Source of the DNA: a virus
Lineage: Duplodnaviria; Heunggongvirae; Uroviricota; Caudoviricetes
Direction: 5' to 3' (one strand)
Length of the DNA stretch: 35,129 bases
Virus record (IMG/VR): IMGVR_UViG_2563366956_000015
Coordinates: 1-35,129 of that record
This document shows positions 1-8,536 of the stretch, one piece after another; positions within the stretch are counted from its first letter, which is position 1, and every line of letters starts with the position of its first letter. A program made the translations under genes and the position numbers. The notes beneath the pieces were generated by a model. It saw only the letters and a list, made by a program, of their open reading frames with translations. It made no database searches and was not told the origin of the DNA.

Positions 1-59
1 GGTATCCGTTCTGCTGAAGTGTCATGGCGTTGATTTTACGGTGACTCTTCGACAGTGAA

Positions 60-85
60 AAGAAAAAAGGCCGCAGAGCGGCCAT
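60..85 (-). terminator. Rho-independent terminator (GC hairpin GGCCGC/GCGGCC followed by a U-run on the minus strand), downstream of the int operon
   Basis: Plus strand shows an A-run then GGCCGC-aga-GCGGCC; on the minus strand this reads as a hairpin followed by a T-run. Confidence 0.5.
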
Positions 86-189
86 AAACACAAACAAAAA
101 TCAATAAGTTAGATAATTATCAAAGACTTACAGACACACAAAAACACAGCCAACCACAACAAATAACAGGGATGTGGTCACTTTGTGGA

Positions 190-585
190 TCATTCGCTCC
201 CCTCTTTTTCCTTATTTCGTTGAACGCCAATTGCGACACACGTACTAAGCAAATCTTTACATTTCTCTACGTCTTCAGACTTACGCAATTTGATGCTTTT
301 TACAGACTGCGGGCTACTGTCCGTAGCACGATACATCGTTATTTCAATATCATTTCGGTCTAAGAGTCCCATAATGGCTTTTGCAACCTCCACACCCTTC
401 TTCGCGAAATCAAAGAACAGAGCAAGTTTATATGGATTTTCGACGGAAAAAACTTCAATTTTGCTAAAACCAACATCGTGTCGAGAAAAATATTGCTCAA
501 CCTCATCTCGAAGTTCTGGATCGCAGACAATGTCTATTCTCCAGTACTGACCTAAATGCAAATCGCTATTAACTGTTTTTTCCAC
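190..585 (-). CDS. hypothetical protein, integrase-adjacent AT-rich cargo gene (about 131 aa from a GTG start)
   Basis: ORF 190..606; the first codon at 606 is TTG, but an in-frame GTG at 583-585 sits 5 nt after an AAGGAGG RBS that overlaps the int stop. Markedly AT-rich relative to the surrounding phage genes. No family recognised. Confidence 0.5.
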   Translation of the reverse strand: MEKTVNSDLHLGQYWRIDIVCDPELRDEVEQYFSRHDVGFSKIEVFSVENPYKLALFFDFAKKGVEVAKAIMGLLDRNDIEITMYRATDSSPQSVKSIKLRKSEDVEKCKDLLSTCVAIGVQRNKEKEGSE

Positions 586-595
586 AACATCCTCC

Positions 596-1570
596 TTACC
601 CAGCAATAGGATTAAATCTCACCGCATCCTGCAAGTAATCCGGCGCAAGATGGGCATAAATCATCGTTGTCTGAATCTTTGCGTGCCCCAGAATTTTCTG
701 GAGCGTCAGAATATTGCCGCCGTTCATCATGAAATGACTGGCGAAGGTGTGGCGCAGCGCATGAACAGCCTGGCCGTCAGGAACATCAGGTGCGACCGTT
801 TTGATGACATCGCGAACCAATGGATAATCCAGCGTCGGAAACACCAGTTTCCCGCCCCGTTTTTTGATCTTTTCAAACAGGCTTTCAGAAATAGGAACGG
901 TACGGTTTTTGCTGTTCTTCGTTTTTGAAAAAGTGATTCGACAATGAAGAACACGGCGCTGCTCCAGTGCCGCTACCTCGCCCCATCGCGCCCCGGTCGA
1001 CAGAAGGATTTCGACAGCCAGCCGTTCATCGGGATTTTCAGCCAGTGCATCCAGCAACTGAACACATTCAGACTTACTCAGATATCCCATTTCGCGCTCG
1101 TTAACCTTCATTCCTTTAAGGCCTTGAACGGGGTTATCGTTAAGAAAATGGCCGGATGAGATGAGTGCGGTAAACATCGCGCTTAACGCCCCAATCTCTC
1201 GATTTATGGTGCTGGGCTGTATCCCCTGCTCTATCCTGGACACACGTAGCTCGGTGAGCATCGTTGTATTAAGTTTATGCACGCACGGGTCATCCATTGC
1301 CTCACTCAAGCGCAGCAATTTAAGGCGCGTGTTATGCCCTGACTTCATTAGCTGACCGTGGTATTTCCACCACAAGTCAATAAGCACTGACAGCGGACGG
1401 CGATCAATGGAGTTTCCTTTCCACTCATTGTTATGCTGTTGCGCCAGCACCCACCGCTCATATAAAACTGCATCCGATTTCGTTTTAAATTTTTTACGAA
1501 TGCGTTTGCCTTTACGCCCCTCCGGGCGCATGTCAAGAAGATATCCTCCCGGAATTGATTTTATGCTCAT
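596..1570 (-). CDS. int: tyrosine site-specific integrase (P2 Int-like)
   Basis: C-terminal HALRHTFASHF...LGHAKIQTTMIYAHL catalytic region typical of tyrosine recombinases. Start trimmed to the internal ATG (MSIKSIPGGYLLDMRPEGRKGKRIRKKF), which resembles the P2 Int N-terminus as I recall it. Confidence 0.9.
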   Translation of the reverse strand: MSIKSIPGGYLLDMRPEGRKGKRIRKKFKTKSDAVLYERWVLAQQHNNEWKGNSIDRRPLSVLIDLWWKYHGQLMKSGHNTRLKLLRLSEAMDDPCVHKLNTTMLTELRVSRIEQGIQPSTINREIGALSAMFTALISSGHFLNDNPVQGLKGMKVNEREMGYLSKSECVQLLDALAENPDERLAVEILLSTGARWGEVAALEQRRVLHCRITFSKTKNSKNRTVPISESLFEKIKKRGGKLVFPTLDYPLVRDVIKTVAPDVPDGQAVHALRHTFASHFMMNGGNILTLQKILGHAKIQTTMIYAHLAPDYLQDAVRFNPIAG

Positions 1571-1619
1571 TCGTGAAACCCCAGCGTTACAAGACCACCA
1601 TGCCCCCAGCGCTCCATGA

Positions 1620-1928
1620 TTAGCCGGGCTGTGTGCCAGTCTTGCGGGGTTTTTGAGAAGGCGATGTGCTTTTTGGCCCATCAGGGGAGAGAGACGGACT
1701 GATCTGCCCAGCAGCCTCATTTGTTTTTCCCGTCATAAGCCAATTCATGTACTTAAAAAAGCGAGGGTGATTAACAATCTTGATAAGCACTTCGCCCCCT
1801 ATGTTTTCAATCCGCCCCGTTTCATAACGACGCAAAGTGCCGATAGGCACATCAATCAGGCCGCAAAATTCTTCGCGCGTTAAATCCTCTGATTCACGAA
1901 TCACTCTAATTTTTTCACCGATAAGCAT
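1620..1928 (-). CDS. C: immunity repressor C (P2 C-like HTH repressor)
   Basis: Translation from the internal Met (MLIGEKIRVIRESEDLTREEF...GTLRRYETGR...FFKYMNWLMT) aligns well with the P2 C repressor as I recall it. Sits between int and the divergent early operon. Confidence 0.8.
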   Translation of the reverse strand: MLIGEKIRVIRESEDLTREEFCGLIDVPIGTLRRYETGRIENIGGEVLIKIVNHPRFFKYMNWLMTGKTNEAAGQISPSLSPDGPKSTSPSQKPRKTGTQPG

Positions 1929-2024
1929 TGACAGTGTTCCTATAAGTACACTAAGCTTGCGCACAAGGTGTACTTATAAGTACACCAGGCCACAAACAAC
2001 CACAGATAGCGCAGGTTATCACAC
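1928..2024. promoter_or_regulatory. immunity operator and divergent early promoter region with a perfect 18-bp palindrome and an upstream half-site
   Basis: GTGTACTTATAAGTACAC at 1968-1985 is a perfect palindrome; TATAAGTACAC recurs at 1941-1951. Lies between the divergent C and cox genes. Confidence 0.6.
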
Positions 2025-2303
2025 ATGGCAAAAGTCCTGAACACACACGAACAGGCAGACTTTGAGCGTTTAGCAGCGTTCTATCCCTACCGCGATGAGC
2101 ATGGGTTACCAGTACTTGAAGAAAGCCTGAAAGATTACGCAAAGCGTACCAACCAAGCTGTTAACACAGTGAAAAGACAGGCTGACAGAGGTTCAATTCC
2201 CATCAACCAGGATGAAAAGAACTCAAGACGCACAGTAAATCTCTTCGCTCTTTTCCTGAAAACAATCAGGAGCGCAGAAAAATACGTGCAGATGACAAAA
2301 TAA
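2025..2303 (+). CDS. cox: Cox-like excision/regulatory protein
   Basis: First gene of the rightward early operon opposite C; 92 aa; AVNTVKRQADRGSIPI resembles the Cox HTH region. Confidence 0.65.
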   Translation: MAKVLNTHEQADFERLAAFYPYRDEHGLPVLEESLKDYAKRTNQAVNTVKRQADRGSIPINQDEKNSRRTVNLFALFLKTIRSAEKYVQMTK

Positions 2304-2317
2304 CGAGGTGTCATTTT

Positions 2318-2656
2318 ATGCTGAAGCAACGCCGTAATTTTCGTACCGGAACAGAACGCCACGCTAACCGTTTCACTACCAGTGCATCACGCAGCAACAT
2401 CCGCTACAGCCTGAGTGATACACACGCAACGCCGGATGGCTACCCAGTAAAACAAATCGGCGAGCACGCCTGGCTGATTGAGAAAGCTGGAATCGTGATC
2501 CACAAATGCCCACGCAATCCGTTTACCGGAAACCGCATTTTTGCATTGAGCTGTGGCGACAATCAGTTCGGGCAGGATTTCACATTATACGAAGCACTTC
2601 GCACGGTTGATCGTCTGCTTCGCGGGCAGAGTTTTATTAAACAGGCTGATTTATAA
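2318..2656 (+). CDS. hypothetical early protein
   Basis: ORF with GAGGTG RBS upstream of the ATG; early operon context. Confidence 0.55.
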   Translation: MLKQRRNFRTGTERHANRFTTSASRSNIRYSLSDTHATPDGYPVKQIGEHAWLIEKAGIVIHKCPRNPFTGNRIFALSCGDNQFGQDFTLYEALRTVDRLLRGQSFIKQADL

Positions 2657-2666
2657 CGGGTGCTTT

Positions 2667-2954
2667 ATGACCAAAGACCATGCACAAGGTGTATTTATCC
2701 GTTTTATTGATTTTCGCGGTGAACTGTTATTACGTGCATCCGCTATTGACGGAGTGACTCCGGCGGGTAAAAACGGAGCCGACGAAGCCACTTACGTTTA
2801 TCTGAACGGCACGCGACTGCTTGTGGAACTTCCGTACCAGACCGTACGAGAAATCATTAGCGAAGCTGAAAAGGCACGCCAAGTTAATGGCGATGAACCC
2901 TATATCGAAATTATTTGTATGGATTCAGAAGCTGAAATACAGAAAGCAGATTAA
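2667..2954 (+). CDS. hypothetical early protein
   Basis: ORF 2553..2954 trimmed to the ATG at 2667 just after the stop of the preceding gene. Confidence 0.45.
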   Translation: MTKDHAQGVFIRFIDFRGELLLRASAIDGVTPAGKNGADEATYVYLNGTRLLVELPYQTVREIISEAEKARQVNGDEPYIEIICMDSEAEIQKAD

Positions 2955-2965
2955 AGGGTGTTGCA

Positions 2966-3208
2966 ATGGACAAAGAATATAAAACACTCATCAACAAAGC
3001 ACTTGAGCGTTTCTATTTTCGCTTAAGTGCATCAGGCGTTCATGCTGAACGTGCAGCCCGTGACTCATTGACCAGGGCAATCCGGAGTCTGTATGACGTG
3101 GCTTTTTACGCTGATGATCTGGATGCACTTAACGAACTTTCCGAGCTGATCTGTGCCGCAGAATGCGGAGAACATATTGAACCGTATAAGCTGGGGAATA
3201 TCGCATGA
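2966..3208 (+). CDS. hypothetical early protein
   Basis: ORF with upstream purine-rich RBS; 80 aa. Confidence 0.5.
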   Translation: MDKEYKTLINKALERFYFRLSASGVHAERAARDSLTRAIRSLYDVAFYADDLDALNELSELICAAECGEHIEPYKLGNIA

Positions 3209-3318
3209 GTATATTTATCTCATGGCTTGTTCTGATTATTTCGGTGGCCTGCGCCATTGGGATTATGCGAATTATTAATTCAGTGAAAAAGATCGAGCGT
3301 TTTTTCTCTGATGAATAA
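3205..3318 (+). CDS. small hydrophobic peptide (37 aa, single predicted TM helix)
   Basis: ATGA start/stop overlap with the upstream gene; translation MSIFISWLVLIISVACAIGIMRIINSVKKIERFFSDE. Too short for the ORF track. Confidence 0.35.
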   Translation: MSIFISWLVLIISVACAIGIMRIINSVKKIERFFSDE

Positions 3319-3411
3319 CGATACAAATAAAACATCAAATTAAATAAGAAAACGTGAAAACCATCCGTATTAACGGAGGTATTCGCACACGCAAATAACG
3401 GAGATACAAAA

Positions 3412-3822
3412 ATGCACGCAAAAGAAGAAGGTATCATCAGAGCACTGAAAGAAATTTCAAAGATGGAAAGCGAAGTAGCGAAAAAAGCCGTGGCCAATGC
3501 TCACATGGACGTCGCAACCCACACAATGATAGTCGCAAAAGTCACGGCAGAAGCTGCCAAAATCATCGAAGAACAGGGTGTGGAACTTGCGCTTCTCAAA
3601 ACTAAACCAGTCACCGGACTGGATTTATCTGACACCGGACGCCTTATTTACACTATTGGCTCGGAGCCACAGCGATACACCATTATCGCCGGATTACAGA
3701 ACAAATACCTGATCACTCCTCACCCCATAAGGGAATCAGCGCTTCTGACAAATCTCCGCCTGATAGAGCGCTCTCAAGTTGCATTCATTGATGACGCCCG
3801 ACACACCGTATTTAACGCATAG
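3412..3822 (+). CDS. hypothetical early protein
   Basis: ORF with GGAG RBS upstream; 136 aa. Confidence 0.55.
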   Translation: MHAKEEGIIRALKEISKMESEVAKKAVANAHMDVATHTMIVAKVTAEAAKIIEEQGVELALLKTKPVTGLDLSDTGRLIYTIGSEPQRYTIIAGLQNKYLITPHPIRESALLTNLRLIERSQVAFIDDARHTVFNA

Positions 3823-3845
3823 GGTTACTGGACAAAGGGGGTGCA

Positions 3846-4049
3846 ATGGCAATTAAGCATTTTCCCGTCGTTCGCTTTACCTCCAGAGGGCGCGAATACG
3901 AGGTCGACGAACGCCTGATTACCACTATCGACAAACATCGTTCGGAAAAGGATGCACACCACATCTACCTCACTGACGGCACTTACTTCTGCGCCACCAA
4001 CGTGGCGCGGGTGAATCTTATCCGACAGGTACAGGAGCCACGCAGATGA
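3846..4049 (+). CDS. hypothetical early protein
   Basis: ORF with GGGGG RBS; 67 aa. Confidence 0.5.
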   Translation: MAIKHFPVVRFTSRGREYEVDERLITTIDKHRSEKDAHHIYLTDGTYFCATNVARVNLIRQVQEPRR

Positions 4050-4312
4050 CCATTCTGGACTACATCGCTACTCATCCGGGTTGTAGCGGCGGAGAGATCG
4101 CCGCAGCACTGAATACTCCAACCACAGCCATTAATGCTGAGTTACGCCAACTTTGGCGCGGCGGCTTAGTCATCAGAACAAACCGCAGCACAGGTGGTCG
4201 CGCTCGCAAAACTGGAGGCCAGGCTTCTTACCACGTAAACCCGATGCCGTTCGGGTGTAGCAATCCACTTACTCACATGTTTAACCAGCTACTGAAGGAA
4301 GCCAGAACATGA
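4046..4312 (+). CDS. putative winged-helix DNA-binding protein
   Basis: ATGA overlap with the upstream gene; N-terminal MTILDYIATHPGCSGGEIAAALNTPTTAINAELRQLWRGGLV resembles a wHTH fold. Confidence 0.5.
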   Translation: MTILDYIATHPGCSGGEIAAALNTPTTAINAELRQLWRGGLVIRTNRSTGGRARKTGGQASYHVNPMPFGCSNPLTHMFNQLLKEART

Positions 4313-4608
4313 GCACCATCAACCACCAGAAGCTACGCGAACTGGCATTTGCCCTGCAACGAATGGCAACGCCTCAAAAATTACTGGCGTTTCGCGCAAT
4401 GCTCTCGCCGTCTGCTGTGCTGGCACTGCTGGATGAGCTGGAGCACGCCAGAACCACGGCTCCTGCCATTCGCCTGACACTCCATCATGAAATCGCTGAT
4501 TTCTGCGCGACGTTGGAGGCACCAGGCGAACCGGAAACGCCGGAAGCAATACAGCAAGAGCTGCTGCAACGCATTGACAAGGTTTTTGATTTTTTTCTGA
4601 ACCAGTAA
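4309..4608 (+). CDS. Ea22-like protein (short paralog)
   Basis: Shares the SPSAVLALLDELE motif with the larger Ea22-like ORF at 11003..11542. Confidence 0.5.
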   Translation: MSTINHQKLRELAFALQRMATPQKLLAFRAMLSPSAVLALLDELEHARTTAPAIRLTLHHEIADFCATLEAPGEPETPEAIQQELLQRIDKVFDFFLNQ

Positions 4609-4730
4609 GAAACCAGAACATGCACACACAAAAAAACCGCTTGCCATGCCGCAATCAGTCAGGTTACATTTCCGCTGCACCTCACAAAACGGGTGCCGGG
4701 TTTCGCAGCCTGCTGACTACACAAGCGCAC

Positions 4731-4752
4731 AACCGCGCCAGCGGTTTTTTTG
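4731..4752 (+). terminator. putative Rho-independent terminator (short GC stem plus T-run)
   Basis: AACCGC-gcca-GCGGTT followed by seven or more T, downstream of the 4309..4608 gene. Confidence 0.4.
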
Positions 4753-4930
4753 TGCGTACTGTATTGCCACGTTTTTTTCGCGTCAGAATTATGGCGGGGC
4801 GTACGGGGCCGACTTCGGTCGGGCCGGGTTCTTGTGTAGCCGGTACTGCGAACCTCGTACGTCTCGCCACCCACAGTTTCGCAGCTCTGGATGGTGAGTT
4901 TTCACAACTTACTACACAAGGAGCCACACC

Positions 4931-5161
4931 ATGGCAAACCGCAAACCACACCGCGCTATCGCGGAGTGTCGTCACATCCAGACTGAAATCAACCGCAGAC
5001 TTTCCCGCGCATCACGCGTCGCGCAAATCATGCACATCAATATGCTGCATGAGCGCAGCCACGCACTATCAAACATTTATTCCGCCTCTGTTTTCAGCTA
5101 TCTGGCGGATGATCTGCGCGAGCTGCAACAACTCTTCCAGCAGCAAAACAAACTCCATTAA
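4931..5161 (+). CDS. hypothetical early protein
   Basis: AGGAG RBS 8 nt upstream of the ATG; 76 aa. Confidence 0.55.
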   Translation: MANRKPHRAIAECRHIQTEINRRLSRASRVAQIMHINMLHERSHALSNIYSASVFSYLADDLRELQQLFQQQNKLH

Positions 5162-5233
5162 TTCCTGTTCCGGGCCTTTCCTGCACCTTGCGGCGGGAGG
5201 CCTTCGCACATCTGTAGTAAAGAGAATTGCAGC

Positions 5234-5623
5234 ATGATTGACGCTCATGACTTCACAAGATGGGTGCGCACACAGGACACCCGTCTGGCTCCCGTTCTTC
5301 AGGGATTATTTGATCTCTACATCCGTGGTCGTGACAACAGAGCACGCACCACAAAACCGGAGAATGCAGACACCCTTTATTTCACAGTAGACGACTGCTA
5401 CCGCGTGGACTTCACACCACACGGGCTGGCGTTGCACTGCCTGACACCACACGGAGAATCACTGCTGGCGTATTACGACTCCCCGGCCTCCGTATTTGCG
5501 GCAATGCTGGCGCATCGCACTGCTGGCGGGTGTGCCTCGCTGAGTGAATACACCGCTGAATTTAACCGCCTTTCTGCCCTCTTCTCGCAGGAGTGGCAGC
5601 GCGTGACGGGATACCAGCCATGA
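5234..5623 (+). CDS. hypothetical early protein immediately upstream of A
   Basis: 129 aa ORF; its stop overlaps the A start (ATGA). Confidence 0.55.
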   Translation: MIDAHDFTRWVRTQDTRLAPVLQGLFDLYIRGRDNRARTTKPENADTLYFTVDDCYRVDFTPHGLALHCLTPHGESLLAYYDSPASVFAAMLAHRTAGGCASLSEYTAEFNRLSALFSQEWQRVTGYQP

Positions 5624-8460
5624 GTGAGTTTGCATGGAGCTGGAATGAACCACGGCCAGCCATTGATCCGGCCAGATTTACGGAGCACAGGCAGGAAACT
5701 GAAACCGACCTGCAACGCGCCATCCGTTACTACCTTGAGGCGGACAAAAGGGCACAGAAAGAACAGGAAGCGAAGGAAGAAGCCTTTTTCGCACAATCCG
5801 CCATGGGTAAAAAACTCATGGCATCCCTTGAGGAAGCCGGACAGCGTGAAAAGCTGGCACAGAGCATCATCAGTAAGCGCCGGGCAACAGAACAAGACCC
5901 GGTAGCCCGTGCCTTTGCCACACTGAAGGCGCTTCCCGTTTATCTGCGAGAACCTCTGAGCCGCCACCTCTCTTTCCTGCGCAAGAAGCAGGAAGCCGAT
6001 CGTCAGAAAGGCAAAAAGAGCTGGCAGGCGGAACGCTATGCACGCGGAACCCTGCGCAAAATATTCGAACGTCTGGACCGTACCGACAGCCGCTGGCTGA
6101 CACCGGGTTATCGCTCCCTTGCCGGACGCGAACGCCTGGACGATTTGCTTTACCTGCCGCAGCTCAACAAACACCAGATACAGACGCTGGCCACCATGAC
6201 GGCGGCGATGTTCAGCAGCACCTTCGAAAAACTCTGCGATGGCTTTGGCGCGACTGATGGTGAACTGACCATGGATGTAACGCTGAAGGCGTATCAGATG
6301 CTGGCCCGCATGGCGTTACACCTGCACGCCATGCCTCCACATTATGACGCACTGACAACAGACAAAGACCGGAGGAACGAACCGGACACGGAGCTGCTGC
6401 CGGGCGCAATCCTTCGCCTGACCTGTGCGGAATGGTGGAAACGCAAACTGTGGCTGTTACGTTGCGAGTGGAGAGAAGAACAACTCCGCGCCGCCTGTCT
6501 GGTTTCCAGAAAAACATCACCCTATCTGAGCCAGGACGCGTTAAGCGAGTTTCGCGCACAGCGCGAGAAAACACGCGATTTCCTGAAAAGTTTCATGCTG
6601 GAAAATGAAGACGGGTTCACGATTGATCTCGAGACGGCGTATTACGCGGGAGTAAGTAACCCGGTTCACCGTAAGGCAGAAATGATGGCCACCATGAAGG
6701 GACTGGAACTTCTGGCCGAAGCCCGTGGCGACAGAGCGGTGTTTCTGACTGTCACCTGCCCGTCAAAATACCACGCAACAACGGAGAACGGTCATCCGAA
6801 CCCCAAATGGAACGGGGCCACCATGCGCGACTCCAGCGATTACCTGGTTAACACGTTTTTTGCGGCGGTCCGCAAAAAACTGAACCGCGACGGTCTGCGC
6901 TGGTATGGCATCCGCACGGTGGAGCCTCACCATGACGGCACCGTGCACTGGCATATGATGGTCTTTGCACATCCGGACGAGATTGAAACCATCGTGTCCC
7001 ACGTCTGCGATATTGCCATTCAGGAAGACCGCCACGAGCTGGGCGATGACATAACTCCGCGTTTTAAGGCGGAGTACGTAGACGGCTCAAAAGGCACACC
7101 AACCAGCTACATCGCCACCTACATCGGAAAGAACCTGGACAGCCGCGCCGTGGATGGCATCGACCCGAAAACGGGCAAGCCACGCGTTGACCACGAAACC
7201 GGAAAATCAATGGCCGAGAGCGTGGAACGCGCCATCGGCTGGGCGCGCCTTCACCGGGTCCGCCAGTTCCAGTTCTTTGGTATCCCCTCCCGTCAGGTGT
7301 GGCGTGAACTGCGCCGCCTTGCCAGCCAGATGGCACGCAACCCGGAAGGCCCGCAACGGCTGAAGGATGACGCAATGGACGCGGTTCTCGCTGCCGCTGA
7401 TGCCGGATGTTTTGCCACCTACATTGAGAAACAGGGTGGCGTACTTGTTCCACGCAAAGACTACCTGATTCGCACCGCCTACGACCTCGCAGATGAGCTG
7501 AACGATTACGGTGAACAGAGCGTACAGATTTACGGGATCTGGTCGCCGCTCATTGGGGAGTCTTCCCGCGTATGCACGCATCCGGATAACTGGAAGCTGG
7601 TAAGACGCAAACCGGAAGCGGAAGACAGCGCCCGCGAAAATGGTTTTGACCTTCAGGGCGGCCCTGCCGCCCCTTGGACTCGTGGCAATAACTGTCCCCG
7701 TGTACAAGAAACGGACAACAACGGGACAGAACAGCCGGAAGAACGGTCAGCACCGTGGCCGCAGCTCCCTGACGGCGTTGAAGTGAACGAATGGATGCGC
7801 TCACTGAAACGGCACGAACGCCGGGCGCTGATGCGTTCGCTTCGTGACAAACAGGCAAAAAACAGCAGTGATGAAATGCAGAGCTGGACACAGAGCCGCA
7901 AACAGCCGCGGCCTTTGCCTGATAACCACGAATTACTCGCTAAAGAATGGCGGGAGTCTGCTGAATCTCTCGGCCTGCATATCGGTGAACAACAGATGCA
8001 GCACCTGTTACGGGGCGGCAGTCTGTACGTTGACGGCAGCATCATTGCACCGCAGGGATTTGAAATTGTACGCAAACCGGATACCCGCCCGGACAGCCGG
8101 ATCACGCAGCTCTGGCAACGCCTGAGCCGTAATCACGGCGTAAGCAGCACGGAGATCCGCCATAACCCGGTCGCCAGCTATCTGGAACAGCTGGGGGCAT
8201 CAGACCCTGAAGCCGCCGCACGCCTGGCATCCACACTTCAGCAGGACCAGAACACCATGAAAACACCCGTTACCGTGCTTTCTGACATGCTGCGCGCCAT
8301 CCGTGACGCAGAGCACGCACAGAGAATCAGTGAAACCACTGAACGCGCCCGCCGCAAAGCAGACCTGCTGCAGGGTGGCCTGACCAGTGGAAACAAAAAA
8401 CAGACAGAAACGGGATTCACAAATCCCGTAAATGAGCAAAAAACGCGCCGCGATATATGA
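5620..8460 (+). CDS. A: rolling-circle replication initiation protein (P2 gpA-like) with a long C-terminal extension
   Basis: VEPHHDGTVHWHMMVF matches the conserved gpA motif as I recall it; start set at the ATG at 5620; position after the early genes. Confidence 0.9.
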   Translation: MSEFAWSWNEPRPAIDPARFTEHRQETETDLQRAIRYYLEADKRAQKEQEAKEEAFFAQSAMGKKLMASLEEAGQREKLAQSIISKRRATEQDPVARAFATLKALPVYLREPLSRHLSFLRKKQEADRQKGKKSWQAERYARGTLRKIFERLDRTDSRWLTPGYRSLAGRERLDDLLYLPQLNKHQIQTLATMTAAMFSSTFEKLCDGFGATDGELTMDVTLKAYQMLARMALHLHAMPPHYDALTTDKDRRNEPDTELLPGAILRLTCAEWWKRKLWLLRCEWREEQLRAACLVSRKTSPYLSQDALSEFRAQREKTRDFLKSFMLENEDGFTIDLETAYYAGVSNPVHRKAEMMATMKGLELLAEARGDRAVFLTVTCPSKYHATTENGHPNPKWNGATMRDSSDYLVNTFFAAVRKKLNRDGLRWYGIRTVEPHHDGTVHWHMMVFAHPDEIETIVSHVCDIAIQEDRHELGDDITPRFKAEYVDGSKGTPTSYIATYIGKNLDSRAVDGIDPKTGKPRVDHETGKSMAESVERAIGWARLHRVRQFQFFGIPSRQVWRELRRLASQMARNPEGPQRLKDDAMDAVLAAADAGCFATYIEKQGGVLVPRKDYLIRTAYDLADELNDYGEQSVQIYGIWSPLIGESSRVCTHPDNWKLVRRKPEAEDSARENGFDLQGGPAAPWTRGNNCPRVQETDNNGTEQPEERSAPWPQLPDGVEVNEWMRSLKRHERRALMRSLRDKQAKNSSDEMQSWTQSRKQPRPLPDNHELLAKEWRESAESLGLHIGEQQMQHLLRGGSLYVDGSIIAPQGFEIVRKPDTRPDSRITQLWQRLSRNHGVSSTEIRHNPVASYLEQLGASDPEAAARLASTLQQDQNTMKTPVTVLSDMLRAIRDAEHAQRISETTERARRKADLLQGGLTSGNKKQTETGFTNPVNEQKTRRDI

Positions 8461-8504
8461 AGCGCGCATAAAACAGGCAAAAACGGGATTTCAGAATCCC
8501 GTAA
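8408..8504. promoter_or_regulatory. two copies of an 8-bp-arm palindrome (ACGGGATT-N4-AATCCCGT), candidate centromere/operator upstream of the parM-like gene
   Basis: Copies at 8410-8429 and 8483-8502, 73 bp apart; the first lies in the last codons of A, the second about 35 bp before the parM-like start. Confidence 0.5.
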
Positions 8505-8536
8505 ACGATTAATTAATCAACATAAGGAAAAGCGAC

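Noticed and set aside
1-190. attL/attR core direct repeat shared between the left end and the region after ogr
   Set aside because: I found only 7-8 nt chance matches between 1-190 and 34772-34990. The att core cannot be assigned without a flanking or empty-site sequence.
4790-4875. Possible tRNA-like element (long-range stem resembling an acceptor stem, ending near ACCCA)
   Set aside because: Could not fit a cloverleaf by hand: no T-loop consensus, wrong arm lengths and no proper discriminator-CCA. Kept only as an unspecified structured RNA candidate.
4620-5237. 205-aa ORF spanning the structured intergenic gap and the next gene
   Set aside because: Runs through a terminator-like hairpin and overlaps a better-supported RBS-preceded gene (4931..5161) in another frame; Arg/Ser/Ala-rich translation. 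I treat the gap as non-coding.
5473-6174. 233-aa minus-strand ORF inside the A gene
   Set aside because: Entirely antisense to the well-supported gpA coding sequence, with no RBS context; a typical shadow ORF in GC-rich coding DNA.
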